From: Lytechinus pictus
Taxonomy: Eukaryota
Direction of reading: 5' to 3'
Assembly (NCBI RefSeq): GCF_037042905.1
Contig: NC_087250.1
Coordinates: forward strand, 19,284,001 to 19,348,000
DNA length: 64,000 nucleotides
Positions 24,274-36,771 of the stretch are shown here, piece by piece. The notes beneath the pieces were generated by a model. The model worked only from the letters and a program-made list of their open reading frames with translations, did not search any database and had not been told where the DNA came from. The translations under genes and the position numbers were made by a program. How positions within the stretch are numbered: position 1 is the stretch's first letter; each line of letters begins with the position of its first letter.

Positions 24274-25767
24274 TAACCCAGAGAGCTTACCGTGTATTTT
24301 ACCATTGTCACCGGACTAGGGTGATTTATGGTCTAAATATTTCTCCAAATGAATTGTGAAAACGGAAAGTATACAATTACCACGATTATATGGATGAAGG
24401 TCTAACGAGTGGCAGATTCCTGACATCTGGGCACAGTCTGGAACCTCAAAAAAACGAAAAGTTCTCTCCTTCTACCCAGTCTCGATCGGCCATTTTGTTA
24501 CGATTTTTAACAACAAGTGGAATGCCTCTGGCCGTCTCACCTGCATCACGCGATTCAATATAGCAGCAGTGCTGATTTTGAAAACTACTATAACTCGCAC
24601 AAGATGTTCAGTGATACTTGGTTACTCTTATTTCCACGTTTTATGAACTAGACCAACACACTTTCAAATTTATGGCTGTAATTCAACAAATACCCCAATT
24701 TGGCCAAAGTTCATTGACCCTAAATGACCTTTGACCTTGATCATGTGACCTGAAACTCGCACAGGATGTTCAGTGATACTTGATTACTATTATGTCCAAG
24801 TTTTATGAACTAGACCAACACACTTTCAAATTTATGGCTGTAATTCAACAAATACCCCAATTTGGCAAAGTTCATTGACCTTACATGACCTTTGACCTTG
24901 ATCATGTGACCTGAAACTTGCACAGGATGTTCAGTAATACTTGATTACTATTATGTCCAAGTTTCATGAATCAGATCCATAAACTTTCAAAGTTATGATG
25001 GTAATTCAACAGATACCCCCAATTCGGCCAAAGTTCATTGACCCTAAATGACCTTTGACCTTGGTCATGTGACGTGAAACTCATGCAGGATGTTCAGTGA
25101 TACTTGATTAACCTTATGTATAAGTTTCATGAACTAGGTCCATATATTTTCTAAGTTATGATGACATTTCAAAAACTTAACCTTAGGTTAAGATTTTGAT
25201 GTTGATTCCCCCAACATGGTCTAAGTTCATTGACCCTAAATGACCTTTGACCTTGGTCATGTGACATGAAACTCAGGCAGGATGTTCAGTAATACTTGAT
25301 TAACCTTATGACCAAGTTTCATGAACTAGGTCCATATACTTTCTAAGTTATGCTGTCATTTCAAAAACTTAACCTCAGGTTAAGATTTGGTGTTGACGCC
25401 GCCGCCGCCGCCGCCGCCGCCGTCGCCGCCGCCGCCGCCGCCACCGTCGCCGTCGCCGCCGCCGTCGGAAAAGCGGCGCCTATAGTCTCACTCTGCTATG
25501 CAGGTGAGACAAAAATGGCCGATCGAGACGGGGTAGAAGGAGAGAACTTTTCGTTTTTTTGAGGTTCCAGACTGTGCCCAGATGTCAGGAATCTGCCACT
25601 CGTTAGACCTTCATCCATATAATCGTGGTAATTGTATACTTTCTGTTTTCACAATTCATTTGGAGAAATATTTAGACCATAAATCACCCTAGTCCGGTGA
25701 CAATGGTAAAATACACGGTAAGCTTCTGGGCTCCCGCCCGCTGCGCGGGCGGGAGCTCTCTGGGTTA
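24274..25767. mobile_element. Mutator (MULE)-like foldback MITE nested in the hAT element
   Basis: ~220-bp near-perfect TIRs TAACCCAGAGAGCT...AGCTCTCTGGGTTA; 9-bp TSD ATGCCTCCG at 24265-24273 and 25768-25776. Confidence 0.85.
24512..25514 (+). mobile_element. Helentron-associated element, family A
   Basis: AACAAGTGGAATGCCTCTGGCCGTCTCACCTGCAT start, ~122-bp tandem units, (GCC)n, and a 3' hairpin GTCTCAC...TGCAGGTGAGAC before an A-run; no TSD. Confidence 0.78.
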
Positions 25768-26206
25768 ATGCCTCCGTAGACCTGACTGCATTTGTATATA
25801 GACCATAGAGATGTAGGCCTAGGATACTAATAATCGCTACATCTCTATGACATAGACCTATTTAAAGTGATTTTCTGATCAATTTTTCTATCTGATTATG
25901 AAAAAGGCCAAATTTCTTTGGCCGTGAAATTTTTTTTTTTCACGGCCAAGCTACTTTTTTTACGGCCAGATTTCGGGAATCTGGCCGGAAAAAAGGCCAG
26001 TTGGCAACCCTGGTGAAGTGGAGTGGATGGAGCCTGCAGGCTGCACGAACTTCGCTCGATCTCGAGCCTCGACTCGAGGTAGGTACACAGCCACAGCACA
26101 GATTCACGTCTTACTCTTCATCTTATTTAGTATTTACTATCTATAAAGTATATTAATATACTGCAGGTTCCCAGATCTGTCACGAAATCATAGTGAAAAA
26201 ACTCAC

Positions 26207-26320
26207 CAGACTCTGTCTCAAAAAGATTCAAGTCAGCTGTGCCTATGGCTGCGAAATTTATAAGGTCTCCATTTCTGTTGACTAAATAAGCGCGGCTCGT
26301 GTCGTCGATGTCCGAGTCGG
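26207..26320 (-). other. Candidate non-coding first exon of gene copy 1
   Basis: Consensus donor TCTG|GTGAGT (26201-26206) in a locally CpG-rich patch; the KRAB exon has an acceptor 5' of its ATG, so an upstream exon is expected. No transcript evidence. Confidence 0.35.
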
Positions 26321-26650
26321 TACGTACCACTTTTTTTTTCTTTTCATGATTTGTATTATTGAGCATACGGTAACATGAAATGTATGGAAAGCAATTTGTC
26401 CAAGAAAAAATTTATCATAAGGTGTCACGCGCGTAAAACATTCCCCATATCCATAGACTTGTGTGTTAAAATGGCACTTCTGAAAAATTCATAAAAAAAT
26501 AAACGTGAAATTAGAGGGTCGAATGCCTACTACTGTTGGATAGGATATATATCTGACATTCCATATCTGACCAGAGAAGAGTATTGTAGCCAGCTCATTT
26601 TAATAATAAATCGCAATTTATGAAGATGATTATGATAGAATCAAATTTAA

Positions 26651-27241
26651 AGGAGAATGAAACTCTTGGAGCAAGTTAGCTTTTGTGAAATCAGAAAAAT
26701 CAAAGAATAAGATCAACAAAAGTTTGAGTAAAATAGGACTAGCAGTAGAAGGGTTATGAGCATTTGAATGTCGAGATCACTAATGCTATGGAGATCCTCC
26801 CATTGGCAATGCGACCAAGATCTATGATGTCACAGATGAACAACTCTCCCCTTTCGGACACTGAAAATATACCCCAAAACATCTCTTTTTGCTCATTCTA
26901 ATCATATGACAAACGATTCATCAATGACATAATGTTGTGAAACCTCTGTACTTGTCCTCTCATAAAGAGAACACCTCACCTTGTGATAGACTCTATAAAA
27001 GTGAGAATATAAGTGAAATAAGTACTTAAGTAATGAGGGAGTTGTACGTGTGTGACATCACAGATCTTGGTCGCATTGCCAATTGGCAATGGGAGGATCT
27101 ACATGGCATTAGTGATCTCAATATTCAAATGCTCATAACTTTCTTATTATTCATTCAATCTTCCTCAAACTTTCAACAATATGTTTCTTTGATTTTTCTC
27201 TTTGATATGGATTCAGCTGGTTTCAAGGGTTTCATTCTCCT
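26651..27241. mobile_element. TTAA-flanked MITE, Kolobok-like (copy 1 only)
   Basis: TTAA-AGGAGAATGAAAC...GTTTCATTCTCCT-TTAA with internal inverted repeats; absent at ~60398. Confidence 0.75.
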
Positions 27242-29334
27242 TTAAGAGCTGAAACAGTAAAATGGCCCTAATTCTTCCGCCAGTCAAAAAATAGTTCCAA
27301 ATTCATTGATATATCTTCCCAATTTGGGGAAATGAAGTTCAGTAGTTACCATTTCTAGAATCAGTGTTAGATTTTCGATTATATTCATGTACTTTTGTCA
27401 ATCAACAATATAAAATTTGAATGGGTTAATTGGGTCGAACAAATATCTTTAGCCTAATTAGGAGAATGAATGGGGGGGGGGGGGGGGCTAAGTATGATCT
27501 CGGCTATCGATCATGCAAACGCGACAAAAATTGGCACGTACGTTACCCATGCCATGGCATAATCTACAAAACTAGTAGTCCCTAGCCTAATATTATAGAA
27601 TAAGATCAAACTCTTCAAAAATCCAATTAATCAAAACTGCTTATTTATTTATGCGTAAAATCATTAGTATGCTCTATCTAACTAAATAATGCCCCTAAAT
27701 GCTAATTTTTGGTTCAGAGACTCTTTATAGGAACCTGATGAAAACTTGTGGTGTATTCTTATTGTTTTTTTTTTTTTTTTTTCTTGTGTATTTCTGTTTT
27801 CAATTCTTGTTTTTTCAATGGAAATTGTCGGGGACTTCATTTTGACTACACACAAGATTAAATTAATTGATTTTAATGAGTGAAACAAAAAATAATGATA
27901 TATTTATACATTTTTGCTAATTTGTATCAGATGTGTACACAAATTCATGTTTTTGAGCAATTTTGGGTCTGCGTTCACTTACAAAATGTACCTTGCTTAA
28001 TTTCAGAACTGCTAGGGCTAGCGATTTTGATCTCAAACGTTGCATGAGACTTAAAAGTAAAGTCATTGACTGATGTGTTAAAAAATGTGATTTATCGCAA
28101 AAAAATGTTTTATAAGGATTATAAGGATAAAATCTCAAGTAGTGTAGTGTAGTGTCGACAATTTTTTGGAATGGGAGAGGTAAAAACGCAAACATAGAAA
28201 TCATACAAAAAAATTTAAAAAGTTGAATTGATGCTGCTGGATCGATTGCACTTTAACTTTCAACCAACTTCAATAAATACAAAGCAACACATGTCAAGTT
28301 CATATTATATATATTTATTGAAGATGATGATAACTTGATGACAGATAACAAATAGCGCAGGATACCTTTACTCTGAAGATTAAGGTAGGATAAACTCTGC
28401 TAACTGACATCAATTACGTATTGATGTATTATTGAATGTGAGATATGTCTTATCACAAAATTAAAGTTCAGTTTATTTTTCACATTCCTATAAAAATGTT
28501 TGGAAAAAAAAATTTACACTATAAGCACATCAAATCATAGCAAATATAACGTATACACAGAGCATAACCATAGATAATACAAAATACATTATAAAAATGT
28601 GGAGGGTCAAAAGAAGTAAATTAGAAACTTAAAAGATTGACCCTAATTTTAGCAAATTAAAGTGGGAGAAAATACAGTGACATAAAAGATATGTACAAAT
28701 AAAATAGAAAAAAAATAGAAAAAGCAAATGTGTGATTAAATTGAATTTAGATAATTTCTTAAGAGATATAGGATATCATCCAAGATTTAAAAATACTAAG
28801 TAATTTGCACTATTAAAGTTCATGAGGCATCTAAAAACAAAAATTATATGTATTGCATGAAGGTTTACATAATACATTAATCACTGTTTTAATATAGGCC
28901 TACTATTATCAATACAGTCATATCATGGGGATTTTCCATTTTTAGATGACAAAACAGTATTTTGGCAGAAATGAGGGGAAAGAAACAGATCCTGTAATTG
29001 GTTTCCCTAAATGACGTAAATAAGAATCACTTTCTTGACCTGGTGTTAAGATTCTTTCCAATGGTGATAAAAAAAATAATAATGTTGTCTTTTATAGATT
29101 TTCCATCCGATAACCAAAAATCATATTTAATTATTTTAATCATTTTTCATACTAAGAATGTTGTTTATGATTTTCGTGTTGCCACTGACATATTTTCTTT
29201 CACTGCATTTTATTTTTTAGTTATTTTAACAGCATTTATATAATTGTTTTTCTATTTTTTTTTATTTTTACATGATTTTTTTACAAACTTTTTTTTTAAT
29301 TTGAATTTAAAACAAACAATTATTCTAACATCTG

Positions 29335-29606
29335 AAAAATGATGAAAATGAGAAATCCATAATTTATTATTCGAGATTGACATGAAATGAAATACTCTGA
29401 AAATTTGCTTTGCCCAATTGATCGTGGGCCCGGCAGCCCCTGTGCAGCGCCAGATCGACGAGGCTCTATCCCTTTAATTGTTGAACGCAAACAGGTTAGC
29501 AGCAACTCCCATGTTTTAACGTCTTTTGGTCTGACGCGGCTGGGGTTTGAACCCCCGACCTCCCGGTTTTTAAACGGACGCTCTACCAACTGAGCCAACA
29601 CACCGG
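29335..29606 (-). mobile_element. tRNA-derived SINE
   Basis: A box TGGCTCAGTTGG and B box GGTTCAAACC, then a non-tRNA core (GTCAGACCAAAAGACGTTAAAA..., recalled as resembling Meta-domain SINE cores) and a simple-repeat tail. Confidence 0.8.
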
Positions 29607-29619
29607 TTTACAAATTGGT

Positions 29620-30219
29620 CTGTCTCCCAATGCTGATCACATGCATATTGCTTCTCAACCACAAAGCAAGCGAGAGCTTTTTTGTTCTTTCTGATTCACA
29701 AAAAACTATTCCACAGGATGCACTTCTATCTGATGTCGTGTAAATTAAAAAATGTTCAGACTGTATTCATCAGAAACGTCTGTGAATTTGTTTTGTGAGG
29801 ATAGATCCGCATCTAATTTCTGTCGCACATTGATGACATACATATGCTACTTTATTCAGGAGTCAACTGTCTGTTGTTAAAACAGTGGACTCAAGCATAC
29901 TTAACCATGGCAACAAGCGTAAATTTGGCGACCTGAAAAGCACACATCAACATTGGAAATTGTTCTCTTGCAAGGAAAATTTATACAGGAAATCTGCATA
30001 TGAAAACAGTGGGTTCAACCGATGGTTTTCAAAACTACCTTTGTGAATTTGGACCATTGGGTTTCTTCACTGAATGGATTTGTTCATGTTTTTACTGATG
30101 ACAAAATGCCCTGCCATATTGTTACTGTTAGGGCTTCTCAACTGTATGAAATTGCATACGACTTTTGAGATTGCTTCCAAGATGAAAAAAAAAGCTTCAC
30201 CGCACATGCAATGGGCTTC
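29620..30219 (-). pseudogene. Decayed C2H2 finger repeats downstream of the stop, copy 2
   Basis: Same remnants as copy 1 plus AYVCHQCATEIRCGSILTKQIH (~29783-29848) and VEKQYACDQH (~29630-29660). Confidence 0.7.
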
Positions 30220-31439
30220 TCACTTGTGCTTACTTGTAATGTGGCTTTTGAGAGTGCTACTTTGACGAAATGCCTCATCACAAAAATGACATTCATAGGG
30301 CTTTTCACCGGTATGGATTCGTTTATGAATTTTTAGATCACACGCATAATTAAATGACTTACCACAATAAATACATACATAGGGTTTGTCAGAATCATGA
30401 ATTCTTTTATGTGCTTTGAGATGATCAGCTCTATAAAATGCCTTACCACATTGATCACAGAGATAATTTTTCTCACCTGTATGGTTTCGTTCATGTATAC
30501 TAAGATTAAGCATTTGATTAAATGCCTTACCGCAGTGAACACATACAAAGCGCTTCTCATTTGCATGACCTTGTTTATGTCTACTGAAAGTAGTTTCTTC
30601 ACTAAATGCCCTACCACATCGATCACATACATATGGTTTCTCACCTGTATGGATTCGTTTATGTCTTGCGAGATTACCCTTCCCATTAAATGCCTTACCA
30701 CACTGATCACATACATAGGGCTTCTCACCTGTATGGATCCGTTTATGTGCTTCGAGAGAAGAGGAACTATAGAAGGCCTTATTACAATAATCACAAACAA
30801 AGGCCTTATCACTAGTATGGTATCGTTTATGTGCGCGGAGAAGACCTGGTAGAATAAATGCCTTACCACAATGATCACATACATAGGGTTTCTCACCTGT
30901 ATGAAAGGGTTTCTCACCTGTATGAATTCTTTTACATCTATGTGCTTTAAGAGCGGAAGCAAAATGGAAAGTCTTATCACAATAATCGCAAACATGCACT
31001 TCATAATGGATTTGTGCATGGGCTTTGAGAGCACTTGCTTCATAGAATGCTTTGTCACAATAATAACAAACATAGCGCTGATCACCTGTATGAATTCTTT
31101 CACCTGCTATGGCATCCCCAACTTGATGATTAATTACCTTCTCACATTGTCTGGAGAAGTAAGAATTCTGTTTTTGCTTTTCACTCGGTTTCCTAAGATA
31201 TATTACATATTTAGTCTTCCTTCCTATTTTTGCACTTCCTGTTTCATCATGTGAAGGCTCTTTGGGTTTATCAAAAGGGTTTTGTATTTCTCCATTGATG
31301 ATCTGCAGAAAACGTGAATGGGATGAATCTGGTACCAGAATACCACCATTATGACCATGTTTGTACTTGAGATGCCTTGCTAAGATAAGAGGAATAGCAT
31401 AGGGTGATCCACAGTACTTGCATCTGCAAATTCCAGAAC
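30220..31439 (-). CDS. Last coding exon of aKRAB-C2H2 gene copy 2
   Basis: Same acceptor (31440-31442) and open frame; 1220 nt, which is copy 1 plus a 21-bp HTGEKPF duplication. Confidence 0.92.
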
Positions 31440-32000
31440 CTAATGTTAAAGAAACAAAGATATATCTAGTGTTATAAATATTGGAATTGATTAAACTGGT
31501 AAGTAATGTGGAAGCCTAAAATAAATTCCAGACATTTGTGTTATGGGGGCCTCAAGAGCATATTCAGGATATTGACCAAAAGAAGAGTAAGTACAGTGTC
31601 TGAGCTGCCATACGAGTTTGAGGTGAAGGTAGGTGTACCTCAAGGTTCTGTACTGTCACCATTGCTAATTGGAATTAATGTTTGAGAGGCACAAAAATAT
31701 TTTTGTTAGTGGAATATGTCATGCAGTGTGAACCCTTCAATTTTTTTGCTTGTCAATTTTTTCTTTGGACAAAATTACATTGATTTGGTGGTGAAAACCC
31801 TTTTTTTTTGCTTGTCAAAATTTTCCTGGAACAAATGACCTCAATTTGGCAGTGAAACCCTTTTTTTTGGGGGGGGTGGGTCAAATTGTCAAAAAAGCCC
31901 CCCCTTTGGAAAATCCTGTATCCACTCCGCCCCTACATACACCTTATTAAAACATTACCCTATTGAAAGCTTTTTAGCTAAATTTACCTCAATATATGTA

Positions 32001-33506
32001 CAGTCCGACCTCTCTTTTCTGGTTACGTTGGGACCAGCACCAATCTGGATAAGGGATTTATCCGGATCTGGGAGACCCAATATTCAATACACGCAGCTGC
32101 CTCACAAATGGTAGCTACACATAATCTATTGCAGTGGGCCTACAGACAGTATTTCACTGCTGTCAGTACAAAAAATGGCTTTTTTTTTTGCGGAAATGAA
32201 ATCGAGTGGTTGCCAAAACTCTTGGATGATTTACCTGCTGAAATGATAGAGGAATACATTGAGCATACCGTGAAAGAAAGAAAATTACTTGATGAAAGTA
32301 AGAGTCTAACGTAAAAAATTGGATCATCTTTGCAAATTCAGCCATTGTTACACTAACTGTATGCTCAAACACGATAGATGGCGCTGTCCTAATACTAATG
32401 AAAGACTAGGCAGGAGCATGGACAGAAATTTCTGTGGGCCTGGGCGTGCTAACGAGACATGCATTGTTTTGTAAACAATAAAAAGAAAACGTGATGAAAT
32501 AACAAAATGCTTGTATTCTTTCGGTGATTTGGGCAAGATATTTTCATAAAAAGTAATGATGTTGCAGATATAGACTATATTGGAAAATGTATTTATTCAA
32601 AGTGAATTTGCGTAGAAATTTTAGATTGAAATCCCTATTCCCCACGTACTAGATTAAAACAACAAGTGGAATGCCTCTGGCCGTCTCACCTGCATCACGC
32701 GATTCAATATAGCAGCAGTGCTGATTTTGAAAACTACTATAACTCGCACAAGATGTTCAGTGATACTTGGTTACTCTTATTTCCACGTTTTATGAACTAG
32801 ACCAATACACTTATAGAGATATGATGGCAATTCAAACAAATACCCCCAACGTGGCCAAAGTTCTTTGACCTTACATGACCTTTGACCTTGATCATGTGAC
32901 CTGAAACTCGCACAGGATGTTCAGTGATACTTGATTACTATTATGTCCAAGTTTTATGAACTAGACCAACACACTTTCAAATTTATGGCTGTAATTCAAC
33001 AAATACCCCAATTTGGCCAAAGTTCATTGACCCTAAATGACCTTTGACCTTGATCATGTGACCTGAAACTTGCACAGGATGTCCAGTAATACTTGATTAC
33101 TATTATGTCCAAGTTTCATGAATCAGATCCATAAACTTTCAAAGTTATGATGGTAATTCAACAGATACCCCCAATTCGGCCAAAGTTCATTGACCCTAAA
33201 TGACCTTTGACCTTGGTCATGTGACGTGAAACTCATGCAGGATGTTCAGTGATACTTGATTAACCTTATGTATAAGTTTCATGAACTAGGTCCATATACT
33301 TTCTAAGTTATGCTGTCATTTCAAAAACTTAACCTCAGGTTAAGATTTGGTGTTGACGCCGCCGCCGCCGTCGCCGTCGGAAAAGCGGCGCCTATAGTCT
33401 CACTCTGCTATGCAGGTGAGACAAAAATAAAAAAATCTCTGCAACTTTGCATCCAGAAAATATAGAGATCTAGATAAGGGGAGGCCAGATAAGAGAGGTC
33501 GGATTG
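32001..33506. mobile_element. pogo/Tigger-like MITE, copy 2, carrying a HINE insertion
   Basis: Same TIRs and TA TSD as 7190-7932. Confidence 0.8.
32661..33426 (+). mobile_element. Helentron-associated element, family A (copy 2 only)
   Basis: Near-identical to 24512-25514 with fewer units; inserted in an A-run that is empty at ~7850. Confidence 0.8.
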
Positions 33507-33614
33507 TACATCAAAACTTCACTGCGGGCAAAGGATAATAACAGTCAAAAAGTCCATCCAGTATTCAAAGTCCTTCCTATCATACAACTCCATTTCATTT
33601 TAAATCATCTTTAC

Positions 33615-33920
33615 CTGAAAGATTTCCACCCTGTCCAGTTACTTGTCCATTGTCATCCAAAGAAGTTGCCTGGGACTGCTTGGGGGTTTGGTCAGTTCCT
33701 TGAGCTCCCTCTGTTAGTTTGGTCTTCTGATCACATGACTGGGTGTTGAGATCACCTGATTGACTACCCTGATCACCTGATGATGTTGGATTGGTTTGTA
33801 ATGGGATGGATTTATCAAAGTCTGTTGATTCAAGGAGATTACCATTTCCCAAGTCCTTTAGGATCGGTTTCTTTTCACTTTGCTGAGGCTGCAAAAGCTC
33901 CGATGGACGGACATCTAATC
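33615..33920 (-). CDS. Middle coding exon, copy 2
   Basis: 306 nt, same splice sites and phases as 8041-8346; three amino-acid differences (Y/S, K/N, A/S). Confidence 0.88.
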
Positions 33921-35293
33921 CTATTTTCAAAAGAAGAGTGAAGGTTGGAAGATGTCTCACGAACTTTTCAGTAAAAGAAAAAAAAAGAAGGATCTTGTAG
34001 GTAACTATTTTTGCTACCTGCAGGTTGCCCACATTGACAGTCTCTAGCATGCATCTCACATGCAGCGTATAGTTTATTTCTTTCTTTACGTAGTACATAG
34101 TATATGATAGTAATAACATCCTGATCATTATTAAAGGACAAGTCCACGCAAACGAGAAGTTGATTTGAATAAAAACAAGAGTGTCACTAAGGCGAGCACA
34201 TAATACGCCCGTCTGTACCCTTACGAAAATGTCGTGTGGTATATCTGTGTGGTACCCGGCTTTACCACACGAATTACCACATGAATGTAGGTTACCACAT
34301 GAACATCTGTGGTAATTTTCCATATCCTTGTGTGGTAACGTCAGCTGGTGGCTGTGGTAATTTGTTGTCTATGTGGTACTTCTGTGGTAAATCAAAATTA
34401 CCACATGAATGCATGTTACCTCATATGCCATTGTGTGGTAATGTAAATTCAAATATGTGGTATTTGTGTGGTATTGTTATATTTCTGTGGTAAATCAAAA
34501 TTACCACATGAATGCATGTTACCTCATGATGCCATTGTGTGGTAATGTAAATTCAAATATGTGGTATTTGTGTGGTATTGTTATATTTCTGTGGTAAATC
34601 AAAATTACCACATGAATGCATGTTACCTCATGATGCCATTGTGTGGTAATGTAAATTCAAATATGTGGTATTTGTGTATTGTATACTTCTGTGGTAAAAC
34701 AAAATTACCACAGGAATGCATGTTACCTCATGATGCCATTGTGTGGTAATGTAAATTCAAATATGTGGTATTTGTGTATTGTATACTTCTGTGGTAAAAC
34801 AAAATTACCACATGAATGCTTTACCTCATGATGCCATTGTGTGGTAACGTAAATTCAAATATGTGGTATTTGTGTGGTATTTTTATACTGCTGTGGTAAA
34901 TCAAAATTATCACATATGAAAGCATGTTTCCACATTAGCCCATTGTGTGGTAATGTAAATTCAAATATGTGGTATTTTTGTGGTGTTATGCTCTGCGGTA
35001 AATCAAACTTACCGCATGAATGCAATACCACATGATGCCATTGTGTGTCAATTCAAATATGTGGTATTTGTGTGGAATTATACTGCTGTGGTAAATCAAA
35101 ATTACCACATGAAAGCATGTTACGTCATAGCCCATTGTGTAGTACTGTCAATTCAAATATGTGGTATTTGTGTGTTATTGCCCTTCTGTTGAAAATCAGA
35201 AATACCACACAAAAAAAGTTTTCACACCCATAACTTAGACCCCTCTCAGCTCACCCCCTATCAAAATTAAAAATTGATTCGCCGGAGGGGGGG

Positions 35294-36728
35294 CAGGGTG
35301 ACCAGACGTCCCGTATTTCCCGGGATTGTCCCGTATTTTGCTTCTTTGTCCCGGCGTCCCGACAAACCCTTCCCGGAACGCCTATTTGTCCCGTATTTCA
35401 GAATATTGAACAAAATATATTTAAAAGTGACGAATTTTCATTAAAATAACCAACAGATGACGAAGCAGAGACAACAATAAAATCGATAAATAAACTTTTG
35501 CAAGGTGATTTTCTTGCTAACCCAATCGAACTGGCCTCCTGCCTTTGTGTGACAGGCTAGTACTAGCAAGGCATGTAGGATCGGAGCAGATTCTCTACAC
35601 CAAACACAATGAAACATGCCAAAATAATCACAAAATCGGCGGGAAATTTGTATAATTATATTATGGGTTCTCAGATTACTGATATGGGGATGTAATCGGA
35701 GGAACAAGTTATTGAGTTTTCATAACTAGATCTAGTTGTTTCAACTTTCGTTTTGAGTCTTGTTCTATATAATGCCGGGATGTTTCATCTAATTTTTAAG
35801 TAAAAAAAGAATCACTTTGAAATTTTATTCATTTCTAAAACATTTTTTTAAAATATATTTTAAAAACACCAAATATCATTATGATTTTTGTTAGATGATT
35901 GGAATTTTTTGCTTGAAGTTTGAACTTTTCTATCCTTCATCCTTCTATCCTTCCTGCTTGCCCGTTTTTGTTCCATCTATCTCTATTTCCTATTTGCCTT
36001 TCCTGATCCTTTCTCTCTCTCTGTGTTCATTTTTTTTCCTCCCTTTTTCTTACCCGTCTTCTTTATCAAATTTCCTTTTTTTATTTCCTCCATTCTTTCT
36101 TTCAACTTTTTTCTTCCCCTCCCTTCCTCTCCTTTTTATTTTAATTCTTTCTCTTCTTCCATTATGTTTTCACTCCTTCCTCACTTCATTCTTCCTCCCT
36201 CTCTTTCTTTCATTCTTTATTTTATTTTTCCTTATAATTCTTTCCCTTATTATTTCTCTCCCTCCCTTAATTCCTTCCTTCCCTCCTCCCTTACTGTTTC
36301 CTTCTTTCTTTGTTTCTTTCTTTCAAAGAATGAAGAAAACATTTTTCTTTCCTTCATTCTTTCTTTCCTCCTCCTTTTTCTTACTTTTTTTCTTTCTCTC
36401 CTTTATTTTGTCTTTCACACATGTATTCTTCTTCCATTTCTTTCTTTTTCTCTCTTTCTGTATTCAATTGAAAGAATGGTGGAAACTTTTTTTCTCTTTA
36501 TTCTAACTTTCTTTTATTCTTTTTTTATTTTTTCCTTCATTTTCCCCTTAATTTTTTTTCTTCTCTTTTCATCTCTTTTCTTTCGCCCTTTCTTTCTTTC
36601 CTTCATTCTTTCGTTCACCCTCCCTTCCAATTTTTTAAAGTTTTTTACAGGTGTAACACTGTGTAGCCTTCTTTGTTGATCTTTTTTCGATTGTCCCTTA
36701 TTTCATTTTGTGAAATCTGGTCACCCTG
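35294..36728. mobile_element. hAT-like MITE with CT-rich interior
   Basis: TIRs CAGGGTGACCAGA / TCTGGTCACCCTG and subterminal TCCCG repeats; TSD unclear in a G-run. Confidence 0.7.
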
Positions 36729-36759
36729 GGGGGCCGGGGGGGGGGGGCGGCGACAGGCT

Positions 36760-36771
36760 TGCGCATGCGCA
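36760..36771. promoter_or_regulatory. Perfect NRF1/P3A2-type palindrome TGCGCATGCGCA in a CpG-rich patch
   Basis: Exact 12-bp palindrome after a GC-box-like G-run and ~160 bp before a GTAAGT donor. Confidence 0.5.

Larger units (their letters stand above)
23139..26012. mobile_element. hAT-like non-autonomous element (copy 1 only)
   Basis: TIRs CAGGGTTGCCA / TGGCAACCCTG; 8-bp TSD GTGAAGTG at 23131-23138 and 26013-26020; subterminal CGGCCA repeats. Confidence 0.88.
5179..27704 (-). repeat. Segmental duplication, copy 1 (homologous to ~29998-60928)
   Basis: Colinear identity from ATATGAAAACAGTGGGTTCAACC (5178/29997) to AATGCCCCTAAATGCTA (27704/60928), interrupted by copy-specific insertions. 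Confidence 0.9.

Noticed and set aside
25350..25562. Poly-alanine ORF
   Set aside because: It is the (GCC)n microsatellite of the HINE element.
29530..29606. tRNA gene
   Set aside because: It has A and B boxes but no proper acceptor stem and continues into a SINE body and tail.
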